Virus record (IMG/VR): IMGVR_UViG_3300011115_000373
Coordinates: 1 to 62,287 of that record
Strand: one strand, 5' to 3'
Origin: a virus
Taxonomy: Duplodnaviria > Caudoviricetes
DNA: 62,287 bases
Part shown: one piece after another, positions 28,183 to 36,439 of the stretch
Layout of the letters: each line of letters begins with the position of its first letter
How positions within the stretch are numbered: position 1 is the stretch's first letter
Position numbers and translations under genes: made by a program
Notes under the pieces: model-generated
What the model was told of the DNA's origin: nothing
The model's input: the letters and a program-made list of their open reading frames with translations, nothing else
Database searches by the model: none

Positions 28183-28353
28183 TTATTCTTCTTCAGAATC
28201 AAGCAGCAAGTTAAACTTAATAATCTCAAGCACTCCAATAGCCGCAGCCACCGTAATCTTGCCCTCATATTTCTCAATCGCATCTAGGATGTCATCCTCT
28301 AGTTGGTGTACTGCAAGAGTTCCTTTGTTGAAGCCACCTTCGATTACTTCCAT
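28183..28353 (-). CDS. Hypothetical protein, 56 aa (MEVIEGGFNK...)
   Basis: Read manually; AGGAG SD. Confidence 0.6.
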   Translation of the reverse strand: MEVIEGGFNKGTLAVHQLEDDILDAIEKYEGKITVAAAIGVLEIIKFNLLLDSEEE

Positions 28354-28368
28354 ATCATCTCCTGTTGG

Positions 28369-29469
28369 TTAAACAAATCCTCGCATTCTCGCCGCCACTG
28401 TAGCACCCTTGAGTGTGTGCTTCATGTAGGGAGCAACGCTCTGTGGTGTGGCATGGCCTGTCATAGCCATGATGTTAGGAAGAGGCACTTCTGCCTCTAT
28501 CATCTCAGTCACTGCTGTCCTTCGCAGATCCATGAGCAGGATGGCTTTGGGTATGCCAGCCCTGTCCATTATTCTACTGCCAATTCTAGCCAATGAGTTA
28601 GCACTGTATGGAAGTAGCCCACCCTTCTGATCCCTGATGGTGCTAGGTGCTATGTACTGCTGCCAGCCAAAGTCTTTGTGCTGCTGTGCCAGCATCTCTC
28701 GCAGGTTCTCTGATGTAGGCAGGGACACATTAGCCCCACGCTTGCTCTGCTCAAGGGTTAGTGTACCTGTGCCACTGTCGTAGTTGCTCCACTTGAGCAG
28801 CCTGACATCTCCTAACCTCTGCCCCCACTCATATGCCATCTGCACTATGAGTCCTACATTACGCAGCCTGAACTCGCTGTATGCCACCGTTAGGAATGCA
28901 GCCACATGCTCCTTCTCCCACACCACCTTGCGCTGCTTGTCTGCCCGCTTAAGTATGTGTGTGAATGGGTTGTGTGTGGTGTATCCATTGCGGATGGCGT
29001 GGTTGAACAGCAGCTTGTACACAGCTAGGCTGTGGTTGGCTAGGCTCACACTGCTGGTGGCATGGATGTCATAGACACGCTGACACATGGGGGTTAGGAT
29101 GTCGCACAGCTTAGCCTTAGCCAAGGGTACACCTCCCACCCTATCATGCAACCAGCGTGACAAGTAGTAGTCGTAGTCTGATCGTGTCTTAAACTCAAGC
29201 TTTTGATAGCCTAAACTATCCTTATAGTTTATTAACAGATCAGATACAGTGGATGTGCTGGATAAATTCTTTAGACGCTTACGCTCTTCGCGCCACTCAT
29301 CCAAGATTTTATTCTGTTCATCCGCATACTTGAAAGCAATCTTCCAGTTGTTACCCAGCGACTTACTCTCCACCACCCCTGCCTCAATAGCAGACGATGG
29401 TGGATTGTATCGATAGATAACACCAGTTGGTTTATCTTCTCGCATTAGGTAGCGGGGAAGCTTATTCAC
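28369..29469 (-). CDS. int: Tyrosine recombinase / integrase
   Basis: AYEWGQRLGDV (catalytic R), QSK, DLRRT, MTGH...Y; N-terminal LPRY arm-binding-like region. Confidence 0.85.
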   Translation of the reverse strand: MNKLPRYLMREDKPTGVIYRYNPPSSAIEAGVVESKSLGNNWKIAFKYADEQNKILDEWREERKRLKNLSSTSTVSDLLINYKDSLGYQKLEFKTRSDYDYYLSRWLHDRVGGVPLAKAKLCDILTPMCQRVYDIHATSSVSLANHSLAVYKLLFNHAIRNGYTTHNPFTHILKRADKQRKVVWEKEHVAAFLTVAYSEFRLRNVGLIVQMAYEWGQRLGDVRLLKWSNYDSGTGTLTLEQSKRGANVSLPTSENLREMLAQQHKDFGWQQYIAPSTIRDQKGGLLPYSANSLARIGSRIMDRAGIPKAILLMDLRRTAVTEMIEAEVPLPNIMAMTGHATPQSVAPYMKHTLKGATVAARMRGFV

Positions 29470-30343
29470 CTACCATCTCCTCTGCCATACGCTCAGGAAT
29501 TCGAACAGTTCCCATGTCATACAGCTTTTCAGCCATGTCCAACAACTCATCCCGTTTAGCCAGTGCCTTTAGCCACCGCTTAGGGATGTCCTTGTACCCA
29601 TACATAGCACCAGCCATCATGCCTGTCACTGCACCCACTGTGTCTGCATCGTGGCCCTTGTTAACAGCATGCACCACAGCATCCTCAAAGCATGTGTTCA
29701 TGTAGCAGGATTGGGACGCTTGAACATAAGCATGCATGATGGATCCGCTGTTGTCTCTGCCACTGCTACGGATGTTGAAGCTACGCAGTTTGTTGTAGTT
29801 GGTGTACATCTTACCCGCCATGCACTCAACAATGAAAGCCGCTGTGTACCGGACAACATCAGGACTACCATGAGTCATCAGCGACACAGCAACACCCTCA
29901 GCAACAGCCATACCTACAGTGTCATGGTTGGCTAGCATGATGGGAGCTAGTCGCATGATGGAGCCATTGCCACTGGCCTTAGTGTCTGCGCTGCCAGCAT
30001 AGGGAAACTCAGATGTCATACGGCTAATAGCACCGGAACAAGTGCGGCCTATGTCAAAGACATAGTTTCGTGTACCGAAGTGTCCACTCTTTTTCCATGT
30101 CTTGAAGTTGCTAGCAATCTCAGCAGGATCGAAGCCGCCTTTGCTAATGTAGGCTTCAGCAATGGCAACAGCCATAGCCCCATCATCAGTCCACTCGCCA
30201 GCCTCTGTGCTGTGTACACCACCACCTGTCATCTCGCTATGCACACCCTTGATCTCATGGGGACGGAGGAATTCCAGCGGTGCACCTAGTGCATCGCCAA
30301 CAAACAATCCCATGAACATGCCAATGGCATTGTCTTTAATCAT
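29462..30343 (-). CDS. ADP-ribosylglycohydrolase (DraG/ARH family)
   Basis: GDALGAPLEF, WTDD, GNGSIMRLAP, TH, DADTVGAVTG..AGA.YG. Confidence 0.92.
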   Translation of the reverse strand: MIKDNAIGMFMGLFVGDALGAPLEFLRPHEIKGVHSEMTGGGVHSTEAGEWTDDGAMAVAIAEAYISKGGFDPAEIASNFKTWKKSGHFGTRNYVFDIGRTCSGAISRMTSEFPYAGSADTKASGNGSIMRLAPIMLANHDTVGMAVAEGVAVSLMTHGSPDVVRYTAAFIVECMAGKMYTNYNKLRSFNIRSSGRDNSGSIMHAYVQASQSCYMNTCFEDAVVHAVNKGHDADTVGAVTGMMAGAMYGYKDIPKRWLKALAKRDELLDMAEKLYDMGTVRIPERMAEEMVGE

Positions 30344-30536
30344 TGGTATTCACTTTCAAATGTTTCAGGTAGCCACGAAGACGGGTGATCTGTGCTGTAC
30401 GGTAGGCAATGATGGAGTCAGCGTATTCCGCTGCTGTCTCTGCTTCCAGCAGGGAAAGCTCAGCCTCTGCTAGCTCAGCACTCACTGACTCCAACACGGT
30501 GATTTGTTTAAATACTTTGCGAATGAATTGATACAT
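30336..30536 (-). CDS. Hypothetical coiled-coil protein
   Basis: AAGGA SD; 66 aa. Confidence 0.6.
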   Translation of the reverse strand: MYQFIRKVFKQITVLESVSAELAEAELSLLEAETAAEYADSIIAYRTAQITRLRGYLKHLKVNTND

Positions 30537-30625
30537 GATGTATTTCCTTGAAATAAAAAATAGGAAGCCCTGTCATAAGAGTCGATAGCTATCGCCATTC
30601 TCTTTGATAGCAAGGATTCCCGAAA

Positions 30626-30699
30626 GGTGGGGTACTCGCTGCACTGCGCTTGCTGTATTCCCAGCAGAACTAGGCAGGGCGCAGCATCCGCTTTCCCCC
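30626..30699 (-). ncRNA. Structured RNA-like element, copy 1 (GGGGAAAGCGGAUGCUG...CAGUGCAGCGAGUACCCC)
   Basis: Conserved arms shared with 30942-31024; compensatory base change; GAA/AGUA loop-E motif. Confidence 0.65.
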
Positions 30700-30709
30700 G
30701 TAAATCAAC

Positions 30710-30916
30710 TTAATAATCCATTGCACTACGAATGTCACGGATACGCATCTTGAGCAGGGGCTGAAGATCAATCTTGCTTTGCTCAAGGCGGGCAAGTTCC
30801 ATCTTCAAGGCATGGATGCGGTTGTCAATGTTCTCTTCAACGGTGGGGTTGTGGTCATTGATTTTTGGGCCTACCATTTGTGCCTCAGCAGCGTAAGTCT
30901 TTTCTAGATAATTCAT
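30710..30916 (-). CDS. Hypothetical protein flanked by the two structured elements
   Basis: AAAGGA SD; 68 aa. Confidence 0.7.
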   Translation of the reverse strand: MNYLEKTYAAEAQMVGPKINDHNPTVEENIDNRIHALKMELARLEQSKIDLQPLLKMRIRDIRSAMDY

Positions 30917-30941
30917 TTTGAAATTCCTTTAAGTTAAAAAT

Positions 30942-31024
30942 GGTGGGGTACTCGCTGCACTGTGCCTAGCCGTCAGTTCAAGATCGGGCCTTGCAAGTTT
31001 GTCGCACAGCATCCGCTTTCCCCC
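30942..31024 (-). ncRNA. Structured RNA-like element, copy 2
   Basis: Same arms as copy 1 with unrelated central loop. Confidence 0.65.
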
Positions 31025-31040
31025 GAAACCTGCCTAAAAA

Positions 31041-31982
31041 TTAAGCAATTGCTGTCTCGGCAACAGCCCAGCCATGAGGAGCCACCTCTTCTACGGCTGT
31101 GCCACAATAGGCATCTGCAATTGTCCACAGTTCGCTGTTGACACGGATCCCCTCAGACACACTGCTGATGGGGCGGGCTTTCCGCATAATGCCAGTGTCA
31201 CCATGCTTTGTGTTGGCCTTGCTGAGGCTACGAACAAACGCATTACCCCGCACCACCGCTTCCTGAATACGATTGAACACAGTGAATGCATCCATGTAAT
31301 CGTCTTCGTTACGCTGCACTGCCAATGCATCACGCACCGTCTTCTCTGTGGCATAGGAGCCAAAGGGAACGCTTTCGGAATAGGGCAGGTCTGTGATGAT
31401 GTCATCAAACATTTTCCAGCGAGTCTGAACACCCTTACGGGCCATGTCAGCAGCATCACCGTAGGACAGCTTGGTGCAGCGCAGCTTTTCGATACGCTCC
31501 ATCAGCAGAGGCAGCGAGTTAACGGTGCTAGCCAGCATATCTTCGAAGCCGTTGATCGACTTAGCGCTGTGGTACATACGGGATTGGAACCCATCACCAG
31601 CAACGATGCCGTTGGAGCAGATGAAGCGGAAACAACCAGCAAACAAACGCACACTGCTGCTACCATCATGGCTGTTGTAGAGAATAATCTCAGGGCGAAC
31701 ATCACCGATGATGTCTTCGGTGTGGTAGGTTTTGGCAAAGCTCAGCATGTGGCTGGAGTGCTGTGCCTCACCCTTGCGGCTCTTCTTCTGAGCAGCTTGC
31801 ATGGGGAAGTAACCGAAGTCTGCCAACACAGGCAGCAATTGGGCAGTGTTCAGCGAAGCGTAACGCTCTGACAAGCCCTCTGCTTTGGTGCTGCTGAATA
31901 CAGCAGGAGCCAACTGCTGGATCCGCTCATTGGTCAGAGCAGTGTTGTTGGCATTACGGGAGAAGATGAGATGCTTTTGCAT
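31041..31982 (-). CDS. DUF932-family protein
   Basis: LAPAVF....S.RY....T, PEIILYNSHDGSSS...G.FRFICSNG, FNRIQE. Confidence 0.85.
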   Translation of the reverse strand: MQKHLIFSRNANNTALTNERIQQLAPAVFSSTKAEGLSERYASLNTAQLLPVLADFGYFPMQAAQKKSRKGEAQHSSHMLSFAKTYHTEDIIGDVRPEIILYNSHDGSSSVRLFAGCFRFICSNGIVAGDGFQSRMYHSAKSINGFEDMLASTVNSLPLLMERIEKLRCTKLSYGDAADMARKGVQTRWKMFDDIITDLPYSESVPFGSYATEKTVRDALAVQRNEDDYMDAFTVFNRIQEAVVRGNAFVRSLSKANTKHGDTGIMRKARPISSVSEGIRVNSELWTIADAYCGTAVEEVAPHGWAVAETAIA

Positions 31983-32030
31983 ACGAAAGTTCCTTATAGG
32001 AGGGTTGAGAAAACGAAATAAAGCGGCGTT

Positions 32031-32058
32031 AATTTACCACTTTCCACAGGGCTGTCAA
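32031..32058 (-). promoter_or_regulatory. Sigma70-type promoter
   Basis: TTGACA-16 nt-TAAATT with TG extension. Confidence 0.6.
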
Positions 32059-32079
32059 GTCCCTGTAGAAAATGTCCTA

Positions 32080-32310
32080 CTATTTCGTAGGGCTATTGGT
32101 CTTCTTCACCAGTGGAATCACCGTGGTGAACGCTGATATATGCACCACCTCACCGAACATGTTAGTGCAGTAGCTGTACATGCCATCAATGTGATCGAAG
32201 TGCAGCACATAATCTGTGGCTGGCATCTTGATGAAGCTGTTGTTCGGTACTTTGTACAGCAACTCAATCGGTAGCTGTTCGTAGTCGTTGATGTCTATCT
32301 CGGTTAGCAT
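32080..32310 (-). CDS. Hypothetical protein (FDHIDGMYSYC motif)
   Basis: AAGGA SD. Confidence 0.7.
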   Translation of the reverse strand: MLTEIDINDYEQLPIELLYKVPNNSFIKMPATDYVLHFDHIDGMYSYCTNMFGEVVHISAFTTVIPLVKKTNSPTK

Positions 32311-32482
32311 GTCATTCCTTTGCGTTAAGTTGTTGGTGACGGTAGATATCTAGCTTTAGCTCTTGCTGACCAGCAGCATATCCCCTGTCGTAGTCTGCTT
32401 GAGCCAGTGCCAAATCGCCGAAGCTCACTCTCGCTGCTGCCCTGTAGCCACAGATGAATCCGTATTCGTAGAATGACATGCA

Positions 32483-32917
32483 TCACCCCTCAAACTTGTA
32501 TGATGCCATCAAACGCTTACCAGCTTTGTTACTGCCGGTATCCACTATAGCCCCATCCACTACAGCAACGGCATGCCTTGTTATTACAACAACATACCTC
32601 CCTTTGGGGTGACGCTCTAGGAATGTCTCTAGTGTCATACTCTTTGGACGGAAAGGAACGCTGCGCTTTTCAGACAGCCGCCGCATTCTCTCGCCGTAGT
32701 AGGTGACATCGAAAGCACCAGCCATCGTATACACCTTGTCTAGTACATCCCAAGGTGTGCCTCTGCCCCGTGGTCTACCCTCTTGTGCCATGAGTCGCAA
32801 TGCTACGGGGTAGGGGTAAGCACCTACATTGGCAATCGCTCTCACAGCACAATCATTCTTTTCGACAATGCCGAAGTCGGCGGGTACATATCCAATGGAT
32901 TTAGGTATGATATACAT
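32483..32917 (-). CDS. Conserved phage protein with possible papain-like Cys/His/Asp triad
   Basis: NDCAVRAIA...HAVAVVDG..VD. Confidence 0.6.
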   Translation of the reverse strand: MYIIPKSIGYVPADFGIVEKNDCAVRAIANVGAYPYPVALRLMAQEGRPRGRGTPWDVLDKVYTMAGAFDVTYYGERMRRLSEKRSVPFRPKSMTLETFLERHPKGRYVVVITRHAVAVVDGAIVDTGSNKAGKRLMASYKFEG

Positions 32918-32941
32918 AAGTTTCCTTTCAGGAATGAGAAG

Positions 32942-33211
32942 TTAAACGGTTGGTTGGTAGCTTTCGTAAGACCTGATTTTGCTAGCCTTGTCGGTGTGTT
33001 TGTAAACAAACTTGATACGAACACCCCGTTGGTGTAGCTCACCACACAGCAGCCCTAAGTCATGGTCTTCCTCTAGGTACACATTATCCCGTAGCTGGTA
33101 GCTGCAATCGCTTACACCCTGTGCCAGCCCTAGATTGTCTATGACCTGACGCTTCACCTTACCCCATGAGTGTGCTGGGTCTGAGTACACCATGATGGTG
33201 AATGTCTTCAT
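32942..33211 (-). CDS. Conserved phage protein (DP.H.W...SY....YLEED.D)
   Basis: Motif recognition. Confidence 0.7.
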   Translation of the reverse strand: MKTFTIMVYSDPAHSWGKVKRQVIDNLGLAQGVSDCSYQLRDNVYLEEDHDLGLLCGELHQRGVRIKFVYKHTDKASKIRSYESYQPTV

Positions 33212-33432
33212 GCATATTCCCCTGCTGTGTTACGCTTCTTGATGGCCTTGTTGATGGCGGGGTACGGAGTAGGCTCCAGCAGCACATCATATCCCAATCG
33301 GGCTATCTTAGCCAGTGCTGCCACCGTCAGTGTCTTCGTGCCGCAAAGCTCAGCGAAGAGCAGGGCTTTGTCGCAGATCGGATACGCTGTAGGTACGCCG
33401 TAGTTTTCTTTGATGTGAATAGAAATTTGCAT
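33208..33432 (-). CDS. Conserved phage protein (YG....YP.C..A..FA.L.GTKTLT)
   Basis: Motif recognition. Confidence 0.7.
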   Translation of the reverse strand: MQISIHIKENYGVPTAYPICDKALLFAELCGTKTLTVAALAKIARLGYDVLLEPTPYPAINKAIKKRNTAGEYA

Positions 33433-33434
33433 AA

Positions 33435-33821
33435 TTACCACCATGAATAATAAAAAACTGCATCACCATCAAGCAAAGCTTGCTTGGCATCTTGAATAAA
33501 AGTCTCTGTGTGGATGATGTGAAGATCGTCCCACTCAGAAGTGCCGAAGAAAAACCCCGGTGTATACACCAGTTTACGATTGTCCAGTGCATCCTTGAGC
33601 CGATCTAAATCGGCCTGTTCCAGCCTGACATATACACAATTAAAATCAAGCTTATCACCGCCCTTCTCTCTATAGAGAGCCTCCATCCAACCATGTAGGT
33701 GGTTGAACTTACGCCAATAGGCTATCTCAACTCGCTCAATATCATCAGACCAGCCATCCATAGTTTGAGTGTCGCCAGCCTCTTTCGCTTTCATCTTGAA
33801 AGCATACATATCTAAGCCCAT
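33435..33821 (-). CDS. Conserved phage protein (MGLDMY...YWRK.N.LHGW...YYSWW)
   Basis: Motif recognition. Confidence 0.75.
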   Translation of the reverse strand: MGLDMYAFKMKAKEAGDTQTMDGWSDDIERVEIAYWRKFNHLHGWMEALYREKGGDKLDFNCVYVRLEQADLDRLKDALDNRKLVYTPGFFFGTSEWDDLHIIHTETFIQDAKQALLDGDAVFYYSWW

Positions 33822-33822
33822 A

Positions 33823-34062
33823 TCAGTGTCCTTTCATGTAGTGCCGTGAATAAACAATATCGCCGTTAAACTCTTCGGGGATTACATAATCCCCAGTGTG
33901 GTTGTTGGCATCAATGTAGGCCTCGATGTCAGCCTCTAGCATGTGCCTCTTCTCATGTATGACATGTATCACACATATCTTACCGCCAAAACCGTGGCCT
34001 ATACTGAAGCTGCCCATCTCCATCTCGCCAAACCACACCATCACAGCAGTGTCTTTGCTCAT
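33823..34062 (-). CDS. Hypothetical protein
   Basis: Preceded by TTCCTGAAAGGAA motif. Confidence 0.6.
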   Translation of the reverse strand: MSKDTAVMVWFGEMEMGSFSIGHGFGGKICVIHVIHEKRHMLEADIEAYIDANNHTGDYVIPEEFNGDIVYSRHYMKGH

Positions 34063-34073
34063 GTTGTTTCCTT

Positions 34074-34208
34074 TCAGGAATATTTAACTTCATCCAGTAT
34101 CTCAAGTGCCTCTTCGAGAGCCTTGATTCCATCCTCTTTGTTACCTTCGGTAACATCGTAAAGAGCAGCGTGGAGTATTTCCCACACAAGATTTTCGGTA
34201 ATCGTCAT
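34074..34208 (-). CDS. Small acidic protein, 44 aa (MTITENLVWE...)
   Basis: Preceded by TTCCTGAAAGGAA motif. Confidence 0.55.
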   Translation of the reverse strand: MTITENLVWEILHAALYDVTEGNKEDGIKALEEALEILDEVKYS

Positions 34209-34281
34209 ATGTTTCCTTTCAGGAACTGTTGCAAAATTGCAACCAGTAACAGTCCTGTCACGGCTGTTACAAGGGCAACTC

Positions 34282-34680
34282 TTACAGAGACAGAGAGTAA
34301 ATGTAGCCCACCTTGATGCCATTGGCATTTGGTGCAACCAGCATCGTAGCACTGCGGCTCTTCAGCATGGGCAACTCTGTTGCTGCACTCACAAATGTGC
34401 TGTACTTGTAGGGGTTGTATGTAACCCTAGTACCCATCGTCACATACCGCTCTATGACAGCCGGTGCAGTGTCCCCTAGCCATGTGCCACAGACACCAGC
34501 ATGGACATTCTTACGCTGCTCTCGCAGTACCCGCTGCCGTCCTGCCTCACTCACTTTGTAGGTGCAATCGTATAGCTGCACCTCATGTTTGTGGGCTATC
34601 ACTCGCCCCTTGTTGACACCCTCAAGGGCTTTGATGGAGAAGCACCGTAGGTGCAGATTGAAATATACAAAAACTCGCAT
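34282..34680 (-). CDS. Conserved phage protein (VYFNLH...SEAGRQRVLREQRKNVHA)
   Basis: Motif recognition. Confidence 0.75.
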   Translation of the reverse strand: MRVFVYFNLHLRCFSIKALEGVNKGRVIAHKHEVQLYDCTYKVSEAGRQRVLREQRKNVHAGVCGTWLGDTAPAVIERYVTMGTRVTYNPYKYSTFVSAATELPMLKSRSATMLVAPNANGIKVGYIYSLSL

Positions 34681-34691
34681 GTTGTTTCCTT

Positions 34692-34907
34692 TCAGGAATT
34701 GATTGCTTCAGCCATTGCATTTTCACTGTCGATTGTCAACTGGTCAAACACCTGTTGCTTCGTGCCTTTGTAGCCCATACCTTTCAAAATTGCATAGCAA
34801 GTTTGCCCTTTGGAGGTGAGTCGCATACCCCGCATTTCCAATTTAAGACCTTGTCTTAAAGAGCGAAGACGGAAGGCTTCGATTTGGGACTGTGTCGTTA
34901 ACATCAT
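34692..34907 (-). CDS. Hypothetical protein (LKLEM.GM motif)
   Basis: SD motif present. Confidence 0.65.
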   Translation of the reverse strand: MMLTTQSQIEAFRLRSLRQGLKLEMRGMRLTSKGQTCYAILKGMGYKGTKQQVFDQLTIDSENAMAEAINS

Positions 34908-35163
34908 AATGTGTTTCCTTTAGGAATAAATCTTTCAGACCGTTTGCTTGATAGAAGCCCTTTAGCCATGTGCCACAGAGCTTCTGAAAGCACCCACCGT
35001 CTAGCACCGACCCCAATGCCACTGTGGATGTCCTATGCATATTATCACCATGATATGCTAGCATGAATGGCAGACATTAGCCCGCTGCCACCTAGACCCA
35101 GCCTATTTCAGCTTCGCTGTAGTGTTTGGGAAACACCATGCAAAGCATACTGATACCGGAATT

Positions 35164-35200
35164 AAATTGTTAAAGATCCAATCGAGAGAAGCTACGCTTC
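35164..35200 (-). promoter_or_regulatory. rrn-like boxB-boxA antitermination site
   Basis: Hairpin GAAGC-GTA-GCTTC then GATCTTTAACAATTT (rrn boxA TGCTCTTTAACAATTT). Confidence 0.6.
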
Positions 35201-35293
35201 ACAGCGAGGCTAAGCTCTATAGAGAAAGTACGATAACCCTCTGGAAAGCCCTTTAGGGCTTGCCGCAGTGCTATCTAGCGATAGTGCTATCTA

Positions 35294-36046
35294 TTATGCT
35301 GCCACTGCTATGGGAATGATCTTACGATCAAACACAAATCCGCTGTAGTCGTTTTTCGCTTTGCCTTTGGCATAAAGAGCCACAACCACACCCTTATCTT
35401 CTAAGTGACGAATGTCACTGTTATCACCACCGATAACCGGCATTCCTCTGTGCATCTTAGGGATAGATGCTACATCACGGAATACTGTGGCAATTCGCAT
35501 TCCCAATGCCACAGCTTTTTCGACAAAGGGCTGAAAGCCCTGCACCCCGCTGTCGCTGAATGTCAGATCGTAGTTGGAGGGAATAACCTTACGGTTAACA
35601 TCTTTGGTGTAGTCGTAGAATTGAACATCGGGAAAAGCATCGAAGATGCTTGCATACTCAGTGCCATCGGCATCGGTAAAACCTACGGTTTCCCACCGAA
35701 TGTCGCTTGTACCATTCAATCGGATCAATGGGGTTTTCCCTTGCTTTGTTGCTTTAGCAACTAGCTGACGAATATTCAAAGCAAGCTGTACCATGAAAGA
35801 GCTACGCTCTTCAAAGAACCATATCGTTTTGTTGATTCTGCCCTGAGCCACTGTTGACATAGCACCCCGTCCAGCGGTGAACAAGCATGCCTTGCCACAA
35901 TCCGCTATCTTAGCCATGCTGCAAGTATTCCACTTTGTGGAAGTGTATGGTGCTAGGTAGAGGATGCCGGTTAAGAAACCGTAGGTTTCACCCTTGACTG
36001 TTTTGGCATCGCTGCCGATAGAAAGCAAAGCTTTAGACTTGAACAT
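35294..36046 (-). CDS. GP88-like protein (Cys cluster), first gene of early arm
   Basis: C...C...CL..AGRG, RLNGTSDI.WE, FYDYTK, GD.SD.R..D. Confidence 0.7.
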   Translation of the reverse strand: MFKSKALLSIGSDAKTVKGETYGFLTGILYLAPYTSTKWNTCSMAKIADCGKACLFTAGRGAMSTVAQGRINKTIWFFEERSSFMVQLALNIRQLVAKATKQGKTPLIRLNGTSDIRWETVGFTDADGTEYASIFDAFPDVQFYDYTKDVNRKVIPSNYDLTFSDSGVQGFQPFVEKAVALGMRIATVFRDVASIPKMHRGMPVIGGDNSDIRHLEDKGVVVALYAKGKAKNDYSGFVFDRKIIPIAVAA

Positions 36047-36095
36047 ACCGTGTTTCCTTAAGGAAAGAGTGTGGCAAAATCGCCGTGAGAACCGT

Positions 36096-36104
36096 ACTAT
36101 AGCA
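36096..36104 (-). promoter_or_regulatory. Extended -10 early promoter
   Basis: TGcTATAGT about 50 nt upstream of first early gene. Confidence 0.5.
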
Positions 36105-36155
36105 GAACAATAATGACCACAAAGGCCGTGGGGTTATCGCTGTCTTTTCTCATTT

Positions 36156-36241
36156 TTTGTCTTTCATTTTTTATTAAGAAGAAAGTATTTCCCCTTTTCA
36201 TACTTAAAAGGGGATACTTTCTTCAAAAAATGAAAGACAAA
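36156..36241. repeat. Long imperfect inverted repeat (36 bp of pairing, two one-sided bulges)
   Basis: tttgtctttcatttttt/aaaaaatgaaagacaaa, gaagaaagtat/atactttcttc, cccctttt/aaaagggg. Confidence 0.9.
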
Positions 36242-36366
36242 GATTCGCGTATGATGCGCGCAGATCTTCCTAAATTAATACAATTCTAGACGCCATCAGA
36301 GATGGCATAAGAATTGTCTCAATTAATTTAGGAAGCGTGTACGAGGTAGATTGTTGGCGGTCTGCG

Positions 36367-36428
36367 TTATCCACAGAAGCTGCACTTTTTGTTGGCGAGC
36401 TTTTCTGTGGTGGATAAGCTGTGGATAA
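36367..36428. promoter_or_regulatory. Three DnaA boxes
   Basis: TTATCCACA 36367-36375, GGTGGATAA 36409-36417 (1 mismatch), TGTGGATAA 36420-36428. Confidence 0.7.
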
Positions 36429-36439
36429 CTTCGATAATG

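Noticed and set aside
30626-31024. CRISPR mini-array interpretation of the twin elements
   Set aside because: Only two copies, bipartite with internal variable core, separated by a whole ORF; no cas genes
31074-31871. 265-aa plus-strand ORF opposite DUF932
   Set aside because: Antisense shadow in an all-minus-strand region; implausible composition
34843-35064. 73-aa minus-strand ORF
   Set aside because: Overlaps next gene out of frame, lacks SD, lies in a hairpin-rich leader
36306-36325. Fur-box-like AT-rich palindromes (also 36638-36655)
   Set aside because: Half-site spacing does not match the 7-1-7 Fur consensus
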